Position numbers and translations under genes: made by a program. A stretch of 64,000 bases of DNA, taken from positions 33,941 through 97,940 of IMG/VR virus record IMGVR_UViG_3300032286_001304. One strand, 5' to 3'. Below the pieces are notes generated by a model, which was not told where the DNA came from, did not search any database, and saw only the letters and a program-made list of their open reading frames with translations. Position 1 is the first letter of the stretch. Every line of letters starts with the position of its first letter. Below, piece after piece: positions 46,544 through 55,463 of the stretch. Source of the DNA: a virus.

Positions 46544-47605
46544 ATGAGTCAAATAACATTTAACACGGCCTTAAACTCGCTAAGTTTTGGACAAACATCA
46601 ATTGCTATTCTAAGAGAAGCATACAAGGCAAATTTAGATTGTTGTATATTTCCAATAGGTCAACAAATTGATATTTCCGCACAAGTTCAGGATGAAGGAT
46701 TTAATAAATGGCTTCAACAAACAATTCAGCTATCTCCTAAAAAACAATCTAGGGATAATAGAGTTATTAAACTTTGGCATATAAATGGTTCGCTTGAATC
46801 ATATGGGAAAGAACAAGAATTAATCACTTTTCTAGAAACTGATCAAATTACAGAGTATGAATTAAATACTTTAAAAAATCAAAAAACTGTATGGGTAACT
46901 AGCAAATATACCAAACAAGTAATGGAAGATGCTGGTTTGAATAATGTTAAATATTTACAATTAGGCTTTGATACTCATAATTTCAAAAAATTAAATAAGC
47001 GTTATTATGATGATGGAATTACTGTAATTGGTTTAGGCGGAAAGTTTGAAGACAAGAGAAAAGCCCACGGTCAAACAATCAGAGCATTGTTAGATAATTA
47101 TGGCAATAACCCAAAGTTTATGCTTCACTTTGCGGTTACGAATCCATTCTTTAAACCGGAAGATAACGAACGAATAGTTCAACAACTAACTCAGGGCAAA
47201 AAATATACGAATGTTGTTTGGGTTCCGCTAATGGCTACAAATCAACAATATAATGATTTTCAAAACAGTTGTGATATTTGGTGCGCCACATCTAACGCCG
47301 AAGGTTATGATCTTCCAGCCTATCAAGCACTGTCTCTAGGCAAAAAAGTTGTTGCTGTTAACGCTCACGTTTATCCAGATTACTTAAATAATGAAAATTC
47401 TTTTCTTTTTGAGGCTTCTGGCAAGCAAACTTGTTACGATGGAGTATTTTTCCATAATGGACATCCATTTAATCAAGGTAATTTCTTCAGTTGGAAAACA
47501 GAAGATTTTATAAATAAACTAAACGAAGCTATTAGTTCTCCTAATAAGCCTCAAATAACTCCTAGAACTTATAAAGAAGTTTTTAATGAATTAATTACAA
47601 GTTAA
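46544..47605 (+). CDS. GT4 (GT-B) glycosyltransferase
   Basis: LETD, VTSKY, LGFD, GKFE..RK, AEGYDLP..QAL..GK. Confidence 0.8.
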   Translation: MSQITFNTALNSLSFGQTSIAILREAYKANLDCCIFPIGQQIDISAQVQDEGFNKWLQQTIQLSPKKQSRDNRVIKLWHINGSLESYGKEQELITFLETDQITEYELNTLKNQKTVWVTSKYTKQVMEDAGLNNVKYLQLGFDTHNFKKLNKRYYDDGITVIGLGGKFEDKRKAHGQTIRALLDNYGNNPKFMLHFAVTNPFFKPEDNERIVQQLTQGKKYTNVVWVPLMATNQQYNDFQNSCDIWCATSNAEGYDLPAYQALSLGKKVVAVNAHVYPDYLNNENSFLFEASGKQTCYDGVFFHNGHPFNQGNFFSWKTEDFINKLNEAISSPNKPQITPRTYKEVFNELITS

Positions 47606-47610
47606 GTGTA
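47606..47610 (+). promoter_or_regulatory. GTGTA motif, putative phage late promoter (representative copy)
   Basis: GTGTA-N9-ATG here and on minus strand before 33498 and 55449; further copies before 5894, 18568, 28961, 63522. Confidence 0.55.
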
Positions 47611-47619
47611 AATAAATAT

Positions 47620-48405
47620 ATGACAACCCTTCAAGAAATACTAAATAAAGATGATGTTTTTGCCGCTGTTGACTATAAAGACCAATCTCTTTTAGATAAC
47701 GTCAAAAAAGCTGCTGATAAAAAATTTGGAACTAATCGTTCTTATGTAAAGAATCTATGGATTCTACGTGAATATAAAAAGCGTGGTGGTAAAGTAAAGT
47801 ATTCTGGAAAACGTCCATCTAGCGATATTATTAAGAAAAATGTCCAAAAAGATGTTGAACGTATACGTCGCGAAAAAGCAAAAGGTGGAGTTGAAGTAGA
47901 TTTGAGCGGAATTGCCCGCGCTGTTTTTTTTGAACAAGAAGAAATTCTATTGGCCCATTTAATTGAAATAGACGAAGAAGTTCAAGACTTAGCTTCCGAT
48001 TTGATTTATTTATCTTCTACTGATTACGACACCTTTGAAGAATATATTTGCGAGGATGATTTATTTGAGACACAAGCAAAAGATAATTCTGATAAAATCT
48101 CAGAAGTATATAAAAAATATCACGAAATAGTTAATATGGGTTATGAGGCTCTCAAAAAATGGGCCGAAAATCCATGTTCACACGTTGCCTCGTTGAGTCG
48201 TGGCCCTATTAATCGTAATCTACGCTTGCTTTCTAAAAAACGCGATGAGTGGACGATGAGCGATGTTCGTAGCGCGAATAGAACAATTTCTTTTGTTAGT
48301 CGCATGAAAGGCGCGGAACAGGGCAATCCTACTAAAAGTAAAGATGGCAAATCTTGCCCATCTAAACGTGACATTTCTTTAAAAAATTGGGCATATTCTC
48401 CATAA
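47620..48405 (+). CDS. Hypothetical basic protein (probably late)
   Basis: 261 aa ORF after GTGTA motif; YKKRGG and NM...L..W...RNLRLL...WT...ISF..RM...SLKNW segments. Confidence 0.6.
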   Translation: MTTLQEILNKDDVFAAVDYKDQSLLDNVKKAADKKFGTNRSYVKNLWILREYKKRGGKVKYSGKRPSSDIIKKNVQKDVERIRREKAKGGVEVDLSGIARAVFFEQEEILLAHLIEIDEEVQDLASDLIYLSSTDYDTFEEYICEDDLFETQAKDNSDKISEVYKKYHEIVNMGYEALKKWAENPCSHVASLSRGPINRNLRLLSKKRDEWTMSDVRSANRTISFVSRMKGAEQGNPTKSKDGKSCPSKRDISLKNWAYSP

Positions 48406-48443
48406 TATGGAATACTATGTTTATGCTTTAAATTTATATAAAA

Positions 48444-48653
48444 ATGCCAATTCCATTCCCGAATAAAAAAGAAAAAAGGTCAGAATTTCTTTCTCGCTGT
48501 ATGGGTGATAAAGTTATGAATGATGAATTTAATAATATATCACAACGATATGCGATTTGTTTTAAAAAATGGGAAGACAAAAAAAAAGCTGCATCTGCAA
48601 TAATTGAATCAAAAGACGATGAAGTAGCATATTTTATGGAGGATAATAACTAA
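48444..48653 (+). CDS. Small phage protein (MPIP.P...E...F..RCM family)
   Basis: Motif MPIPFP..KEK.SEFLSRCMGD..M..EF....QR.AIC...W. Confidence 0.6.
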   Translation: MPIPFPNKKEKRSEFLSRCMGDKVMNDEFNNISQRYAICFKKWEDKKKAASAIIESKDDEVAYFMEDNN

Positions 48654-49057
48654 TGCCTGTCTATCTATTTGAGTCAGTAAATAAAGAAGGTTTATATACA
48701 GATATATTCTTTACTTTTAAAGATGCGCCAAGAATAGGCACAATCATTGAACATGAAGAAAAAAAATGGCGAAGGATTCCTACTTTGCCATATACAGCAA
48801 GTGATACACAAGCAATAGATCCATTCGACAATAAAGCTTTTGTAGAAAAAACAGGAAAGATGAAAGGCACTTGGGGAGATATGGAAAAATTTTCTGGTGA
48901 GCTATCAGAAAAGAGAGCTAAATTAGCAGGTGGTGAAGATCCAATCTTAAATAGATACGAAGACCAAAAACAGAAAGCTACTGGATTGGAATCATTTAGG
49001 CGCAAAAAGAATAAAGCTAAAGAAAAATTAGCAAAAAAAGGCATTATTCTAGAATAA
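48653..49057 (+). CDS. Hypothetical protein (FmdB-like MP.Y start, Cys absent)
   Basis: MPVYLF; TAATG coupling to upstream gene. Confidence 0.55.
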   Translation: MPVYLFESVNKEGLYTDIFFTFKDAPRIGTIIEHEEKKWRRIPTLPYTASDTQAIDPFDNKAFVEKTGKMKGTWGDMEKFSGELSEKRAKLAGGEDPILNRYEDQKQKATGLESFRRKKNKAKEKLAKKGIILE

Positions 49058-49214
49058 TCATTGACAATAGTGGTGGATTGCTAGATAAGTTATTATCAGC
49101 AATCTATCTCTATAAAATGACTAGAAATAGTGTAATTAATTTTCTAAACAAGTTAAAGTATTGAAAAAAAGTAAATATTGGAACTAGTTAAATAATAAAA
49201 ACAAGTAAAATAAT

Positions 49215-49892
49215 ATGGCATACGGTAAAAAAACTGGTGGTAATTCGGACTACAAACTTCTTGTATTCCGACTAAAAAACAAAGATGAGAACTCTAAAGA
49301 ATTAGTTCCTAATCTTTTTCAAGTTAGCGAAAAAGTAAATGATGAATGGGTAGCCAAAAAAGAAATGGTTTCTAATGTTAGTGGAAATCTAACAAAGCTT
49401 GAACTAGATACCAAAGAATATAATAATGAACCTTACAAAGTTATTAAGTTATTCTTACAGGATGAAGAATCAAAGGAAACTTATCTTATCGACCTAAGAT
49501 ACGGAAGGTTAACAAGAAATCTATTTAACTCTCTACTAGCTTTAGAATCATTTGATAATCTAGAAATTTCTAATTACGCTAAGGAATCTAAATCAGATGG
49601 TAAAACTTATCCAAATATCTCTCTATGGCAACGTGCGGCTGGAGCAGAAAAGGGAACTTTAATTAAGGGTAAATTTAACCTTAAAGAAATTCCACCTGCT
49701 GAAGAAGTAAAAGATAAGAAAGGCAAAGTTATTAAGAGAGACTATGCTGAAGTCGATGATTTCTTTGAAAAGCATCTTAAAGAATTTTCTGAGAAAATAG
49801 GTAAGAATAAGACAACTAAACCAGCAGCACCATCAAAAAAAGTCCAGAAAGATACTGATAATGAAGCTGGAGATGATGATATTCCATTCTAA
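49215..49892 (+). CDS. Single-stranded DNA-binding protein (putative)
   Basis: Beta-rich core, flexible linker and acidic DDDIPF C-terminus. Confidence 0.65.
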   Translation: MAYGKKTGGNSDYKLLVFRLKNKDENSKELVPNLFQVSEKVNDEWVAKKEMVSNVSGNLTKLELDTKEYNNEPYKVIKLFLQDEESKETYLIDLRYGRLTRNLFNSLLALESFDNLEISNYAKESKSDGKTYPNISLWQRAAGAEKGTLIKGKFNLKEIPPAEEVKDKKGKVIKRDYAEVDDFFEKHLKEFSEKIGKNKTTKPAAPSKKVQKDTDNEAGDDDIPF

Positions 49893-49915
49893 TTTAGAAT
49901 AAAATCTAAATAATC

Positions 49916-49956
49916 AATACTCAATAGAGATTAAGTTCTTTATTGAGTATTTTTTT
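49916..49956 (+). terminator. Rho-independent terminator
   Basis: AATACTCAATAGAG...CTTTATTGAGTATT stem followed by T run. Confidence 0.7.
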
Positions 49957-50004
49957 GTCTAAAATAAATTGACAAATTATTCATCTAAGTAAATAATAGT
50001 CGAT

Positions 50005-51915
50005 ATGTCTCAAAAGAAAAGGGTTTTAATTCATACAAATGCACCTTGGCTTAAAACAGGTTTAGCTGAAAATGGAAAAATTCTAGCCAAATATTTATTC
50101 AAAACAAATAAGTATGAATTATTTTATTACTGCTCTCAGACATATGAAAATGATCCACAGCTTCAAACGACACCTTGGAAGTCATTTGGTTGCATTCCCG
50201 CAGACCCTCATATTCAAAGTCAGTTAAATCAAGATCCATCAAAAGCGCGAGATACTGCTTATGGAGCTTATTTTATAGATAAAATTATCAAGGAAAATAA
50301 AATTGATGTCTATATTGGTTCAGATGATATATGGTCATTTAATGGATATGTAGATAAGCCTTGGTGGAATAAAATAAATTCATGTTTACATATAACTGTA
50401 GATTCACTTCCAATTTTAGAGTCCGCAATCGATCAAGCTTCAAAAACAAAGAATTACTTTACTTGGACAAAATTTCCACTAGAAGAATTTCGTCAAAAAA
50501 ATCTTCATAATGTTAAAAATATTTATGGAGTCATGGATACAGAAATATATTCTCCAATAACTAAAGAGAACAAACAGCATTTAAGAAATCTTTTTAACAT
50601 AGACCAAAATACAATTATCTTTGGATATGTTTTTAGAAATCAACTAAGAAAAAGAACTCTACAACTTTTAAAAGCATTTTCTGAGTTTAAGAAAAAGAAT
50701 CCTGATGTAAAAGCTAAAATTCATTTACATACAAGTTTCTCTGAAAATGGACATGGATGGAATATCCCTAAGATGATTAGATATTTCAATATTAAAAATG
50801 AAGATATTCTATGCACTTATGTATGTAAAAAATGCGGAAAATGGATAGTAGCTCCATATCAGGGAGAAGATATAAATTGTCCAATTTGCAAAGCGGAAAA
50901 ATCAATGATTACTCCAACTATTGCCACTGGAGTTCCGCATGAAGAAATGAAATTTCTCTATGGAATATGGGATGCTGGAGTTAGTCCTATGAATTCCGGT
51001 GGTCTAGAATACCATAATTGCAATACTTTACTATGCGGACTTCCTCTTGCATCAACAAATTACTCATCCGGTGAAGATTTTTGTGAACAATCTTTTGTAT
51101 TTCCTATTAATTGGGAAATGGATTTTGAACCAGGAACAAATTTCATAAAAGCGGCCCCATGTATTAAATCAATAGTTGGATTCATGGAAAAGATTTCAAG
51201 AATGACAGAGTCAGAAAGAAAATCAATCGGTGAAAAGGGCAGAACTTGGGCCAAAGCTACCTTCTCAATAGATACAGTTGGTAAACAATGGGAGGAAGTA
51301 ATCGACTCATCTGCTTTTGTTGATTGGGATAATATAAATTTAGAACAACCCAAATCTAATGAAAATTATGTTCTTCCAAATAATTATAAAGAAATTCCTG
51401 ATAATGATTTCGTAAAACTTCTTTATAATAATATCTTAAATAGAGATCCAGATGAAAATGGATTTAAGAACTGGATGACTCAACTTAATAATAAAGCACC
51501 TAGAGAAAAGCTTTATGAATATTTTATAGACGTTGCAAGAAAAGAAAATATAGAAAAGAAAACTATTTCAGCATTTGATTTGATAGATAAGAATAGAAGT
51601 AATAAAAGGCTAATATTTGTAACTCCTCAAAGTGCGGGTGATATATTTATTGTATCTTCAATATTAAAAGCTGTAAAAGAACAGTATTTTAATTACGATA
51701 TATATTTCATGTGCGACCAAAAGTTCCATGAGATACTAGAAGGAAATCCATATATTCATAAAATCTTGCCTTGGATTCCACAATTTGATAATGAAATGTT
51801 TGCTATTGGAGCAGGTCAAACTGAACAACTTTTTCATGCATATTTAAATCCAACAGTTGCAACTCAAGCAAAATTAGCATATCTAGGAAATACTAACCCA
51901 AAATTTAATAAATAA
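50005..51915 (+). CDS. Multidomain glycosyltransferase: GT4 with Zn-ribbon insert + DUF4214-like + GT9 N-terminal lobe
   Basis: TGLA, RNQ.RK, CKKC..CPIC, SGGLE.....LLCGLP; FV..LY.NIL.RDPD..G...W; SAGDIF.VSS....K..Y...IY. Confidence 0.75.
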   Translation: MSQKKRVLIHTNAPWLKTGLAENGKILAKYLFKTNKYELFYYCSQTYENDPQLQTTPWKSFGCIPADPHIQSQLNQDPSKARDTAYGAYFIDKIIKENKIDVYIGSDDIWSFNGYVDKPWWNKINSCLHITVDSLPILESAIDQASKTKNYFTWTKFPLEEFRQKNLHNVKNIYGVMDTEIYSPITKENKQHLRNLFNIDQNTIIFGYVFRNQLRKRTLQLLKAFSEFKKKNPDVKAKIHLHTSFSENGHGWNIPKMIRYFNIKNEDILCTYVCKKCGKWIVAPYQGEDINCPICKAEKSMITPTIATGVPHEEMKFLYGIWDAGVSPMNSGGLEYHNCNTLLCGLPLASTNYSSGEDFCEQSFVFPINWEMDFEPGTNFIKAAPCIKSIVGFMEKISRMTESERKSIGEKGRTWAKATFSIDTVGKQWEEVIDSSAFVDWDNINLEQPKSNENYVLPNNYKEIPDNDFVKLLYNNILNRDPDENGFKNWMTQLNNKAPREKLYEYFIDVARKENIEKKTISAFDLIDKNRSNKRLIFVTPQSAGDIFIVSSILKAVKEQYFNYDIYFMCDQKFHEILEGNPYIHKILPWIPQFDNEMFAIGAGQTEQLFHAYLNPTVATQAKLAYLGNTNPKFNK

Positions 51916-53126
51916 TGTCATCTTTAGCAACAACTTATGCAAATGCGTTAGGGCTTCCTCTTAACGAAATGTATGTTAGAAAACAATTTTATCCTCTTGA
52001 TTTTCAGAGCTACATAACGATACAGCCATTCAGTTCAAATCAGAATTCAAAAAATTATGATTATTGGAATGAAGTTTTATCAGTATTATCACCTTTATTA
52101 AATTCTTGTGGTATTAAAATAGTTCAAATTGGCGCAAAAGATGAACCTCCACTAAATGGATGCTTTCATACTATGGGTAAGACTAATTTCCCACAAGCAT
52201 CTTATTTAATAAGTAATGCTTTACTGCATCTTGGCGCAGATTCCTTTGGTCAACATGTTGCTGGTGCATGTGGAATTCCATTGGTAGTTATTTTTGGTTC
52301 AACAAATCCAGATTGTCATGGCGCGAAATGGAAGAAAGACTATATTTTTATTGAATCTCATAGATTTGGAAGAAATCCTTCTTTTGGTAATGAAGGAGAA
52401 AAAACAATTAATCTAATTCCACCAGAAGAAATAATAAATTCTACTATTTCTCTTCTTAAAATAAATGCAAAAATAAATTCTAAATCTACTTATATAGGTC
52501 CAAAATATAACCAAGCAGTTATTGAATGGATTCCTGATGCTCCTCTTGGATCGGAATTCATGAAAGGAATACCTGTTGTTGCCAGACTTGATTGGGGAGG
52601 TAATGAAGAAATTTTTCTGAATACTTTATCTTTAAGAAAATTAAATATATATATTAATTCTGATATTAATATTGATAAATTACATCAATTTAAAGAAAAT
52701 ATAGATCAAATAATTATTGAATTTGATAATAAAAATTTTATTTCCGTAGATTTTATAAGAAGATTAAAGTCATTAGGCGTGAAGATAACCTCTATTTGTT
52801 ATGAACTTGAAGGTGATAAATTAAATGAAAAGAGATTTGAATTCTTCGATCATTGTCAGATTATAAAAATTAATCATAAAACAATTATTGATTTTGAAAA
52901 TAATGTTAGAAAATATCTGAATGATAAGTCATATATATTCAATGAAAATAAAAGAAATATATTTAAGACAAATAAGATAATTTTATCTAAAGGTAAATTT
53001 TATCTATCAAAATATAATTTATCTAATAATTTACCAACAAATGACTTAAATAAAAATTTTTCTAACGTAGTAAATGACAATGAATTTTGGAAAGAACAAG
53101 AACATTTTTACTTTGTTCAAGAATAA
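51915..53126 (+). CDS. GT9-like glycosyltransferase (C-terminal lobe plus extension)
   Basis: KNYDYW.EV, IVQIG, LHLGADSFGQHVA...G.P.V.IFG. Confidence 0.75.
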   Translation: MSSLATTYANALGLPLNEMYVRKQFYPLDFQSYITIQPFSSNQNSKNYDYWNEVLSVLSPLLNSCGIKIVQIGAKDEPPLNGCFHTMGKTNFPQASYLISNALLHLGADSFGQHVAGACGIPLVVIFGSTNPDCHGAKWKKDYIFIESHRFGRNPSFGNEGEKTINLIPPEEIINSTISLLKINAKINSKSTYIGPKYNQAVIEWIPDAPLGSEFMKGIPVVARLDWGGNEEIFLNTLSLRKLNIYINSDINIDKLHQFKENIDQIIIEFDNKNFISVDFIRRLKSLGVKITSICYELEGDKLNEKRFEFFDHCQIIKINHKTIIDFENNVRKYLNDKSYIFNENKRNIFKTNKIILSKGKFYLSKYNLSNNLPTNDLNKNFSNVVNDNEFWKEQEHFYFVQE

Positions 53127-53165
53127 TTACTTGACTTTCCATCAGCATTATCTAACCATGTAGTA

Positions 53166-53924
53166 ATGACTGCAAAACTAATTACACGTAATGAATATGG
53201 TCTCCGTTCAGATTTAGAATATTCTTTTAGAGAAGATGGCACTATAGATTGGGCCAAGATGCTTCTTCCAAATCATTTTGTCATAAATAAGAGTTATGAA
53301 AATCAAATCGTTGAAAAACTCGGAAAACCACTTTCTGAGGTTATACCAAGTGAAGTTGAAGATCATCAAAAACTAACTCTTCTTGCTGGTTCTAGATATC
53401 TTCTTGATTTGCGTGGATATTCTAAATTGAAATATTCAAGACCTGTTTATGGAAGCAATGGCTCTGTTTCCGTGGAATGTGAAATTACTTTTATTCCAAA
53501 CTTTGAAACAGATATGAAAGAACTTGTTTTTTCAGGAATAGGTGAAGCTACCACAAATAATTCTGGTCCAATAGGAAAAAATAAAAATGGTGAATGGGCT
53601 TATTATTTAGCAGCAATTGCTGAAAATAGAGCATTTGTAAGATGCCTAAGAAATGCTTTAAGAATAACCATTCTAAGCAAAGAAGAAGCTCAGTTTGAAA
53701 CTGTATCTGCCCCTGTTATTCAAAACTCTACAGTAGATCCACATTCAATGTTAAAGGCTATTATGGACTCAAGAAAACCAAAAGTAACTTTTGATTTACT
53801 TAAATCAACAGTAGTTAAATATCATAGCGATAAAATCAAGAGCGATCCAAACAGCTGGAATTCTCTAAAAGATATTCCACCTAATGAAGTATTTACGTTA
53901 ATTGGACTTCTTAAAAAGAATTAA
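53166..53924 (+). CDS. Rad52/Sak-like ssDNA annealing protein (putative)
   Basis: V.C.I.F...FSG.GEA....AIAENRAFVR..R.AL.I....KEE. Confidence 0.55.
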   Translation: MTAKLITRNEYGLRSDLEYSFREDGTIDWAKMLLPNHFVINKSYENQIVEKLGKPLSEVIPSEVEDHQKLTLLAGSRYLLDLRGYSKLKYSRPVYGSNGSVSVECEITFIPNFETDMKELVFSGIGEATTNNSGPIGKNKNGEWAYYLAAIAENRAFVRCLRNALRITILSKEEAQFETVSAPVIQNSTVDPHSMLKAIMDSRKPKVTFDLLKSTVVKYHSDKIKSDPNSWNSLKDIPPNEVFTLIGLLKKN

Positions 53925-54334
53925 TCAGTAAGAAGAGCATTAAATTGCTCATCAGATAATCCAATTTGATTCTTAATTATTACAGAATATTGAGTAAAAA
54001 TTGGATCATCTGTTCTTAATGATTGAGCAAGCCAAAATTCATCATCAACAGATGGAATTGTAGATAAAAATGTTTTAAAAGAATTCCATTTTCCATAAGA
54101 TTCTAATTTACGTTTTATACTTAGTTTAGATATTTCTTTTGATACTATATTAAGTGGTTCTTGCTCTTGAATTAATTCAAAATCATTTGGATTAACAAGT
54201 GATGATTCTGGTTTAACAGTTACACTATCATCTAATGCATGTAAAATACCATGCTGTCCATCTGTTTTTCTAATATAATTACCATTTGCTTTTTTTATAA
54301 ATATATATTTCATAATTAAGTTATTATTGTCCAT
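53921..54334 (-). CDS. Tail-fibre assembly/chaperone-like protein
   Basis: W..A..L...DP.........GLS.EQ...L C-terminus; last gene of tail module. Confidence 0.45.
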   Translation of the reverse strand: MDNNNLIMKYIFIKKANGNYIRKTDGQHGILHALDDSVTVKPESSLVNPNDFELIQEQEPLNIVSKEISKLSIKRKLESYGKWNSFKTFLSTIPSVDDEFWLAQSLRTDDPIFTQYSVIIKNQIGLSDEQFNALLTD

Positions 54335-55449
54335 CCTCCACCTATCAGTAAATCTCTTGCATCAAAAGATGCATTAGTAGGTTGACCACTATTCGTAGAA
54401 CAATTAATAGTTCCAGCATTATTATATATCATATATGCTATATCATTAAATAAAGTATCTAATACTTGACTACTTAAAAGATTATTATATATAGAAATTA
54501 TAGTTAATTGACTAGATTGTAAATTTGAAAATGCATTTAATTGACAATTACTAAGATCAATTGTATTTAAATTTGTTAATCCATTTCCATTAAATTGTTG
54601 AATAGGATTACTATTTAAATCTAATTCTATTAAATTTGTAAGACCAGTTTTATCAAATTGTGTAATATTATTTGACGCTAAAAATAGAGATAATAAATTA
54701 GTTAGATTAGGTGCTGAAAATGAAGATAATCCATTCGCAACAAGACTTAATTGTGTTAATGAATTTAGTCCAGTAGATGAAAAATTTTTAATTTGATTTC
54801 CATTTAAATATAAATGAACTAAAGAAGATAAATTACTTCCATCAAAACTTTTTAATTTATTATTAACTAAATAAAGTGAAGTTAAACTTGTCAAAGAAGA
54901 TACATTTAAACTACTTAATTGATTATTTCCTAAATTAAGATATGTTAAACTAGTTAAAGAAGATGCATCAAAAGTAATAATTCTTTTTGCATATGCATAT
55001 ATATAAAGAATATTTCCATTTCTAACACTTCCATTACTTGTCGTTGACACAACTCCAAAGCATCTCGTTCCACCACCTTCTGGGACTACTACATTAATTT
55101 CAGCACTCGGATTTCCAGAACCTACTACACTATTAAGAGTACCCTTACCGTCAATAAGTCTAGCATAACCAGTAGAAGTTTTTACTACTATAGTTTGTGA
55201 TACAATAGATGTTGTCGCAAAGTGAAAAGTTCCAGCATTACTAGGCCAAACTTCTTTTAATGAGTTAACTAAAGATTCTCCAACTTTAGAGGTTACTGAA
55301 TATGAATTAGTATCTTCTATATTAGCAAGCGAATCCGAGCAATCTAACATTACTTCTCGTAAGTCAGTTGCGGTAATTTTTTCTGGTTTTGCAGACGCAA
55401 AATTAGTATTAATTTTATTTACTAATTCTTGTTTTGTTAAATATGACAT
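54316..55449 (-). CDS. Leucine-rich repeat protein
   Basis: About 8 repeats of LxxLxxLxLxxNxL, 21 aa period. Confidence 0.85.
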   Translation of the reverse strand: MSYLTKQELVNKINTNFASAKPEKITATDLREVMLDCSDSLANIEDTNSYSVTSKVGESLVNSLKEVWPSNAGTFHFATTSIVSQTIVVKTSTGYARLIDGKGTLNSVVGSGNPSAEINVVVPEGGGTRCFGVVSTTSNGSVRNGNILYIYAYAKRIITFDASSLTSLTYLNLGNNQLSSLNVSSLTSLTSLYLVNNKLKSFDGSNLSSLVHLYLNGNQIKNFSSTGLNSLTQLSLVANGLSSFSAPNLTNLLSLFLASNNITQFDKTGLTNLIELDLNSNPIQQFNGNGLTNLNTIDLSNCQLNAFSNLQSSQLTIISIYNNLLSSQVLDTLFNDIAYMIYNNAGTINCSTNSGQPTNASFDARDLLIGGGWTIIT

Positions 55450-55463
55450 ATTTTATATTACAC

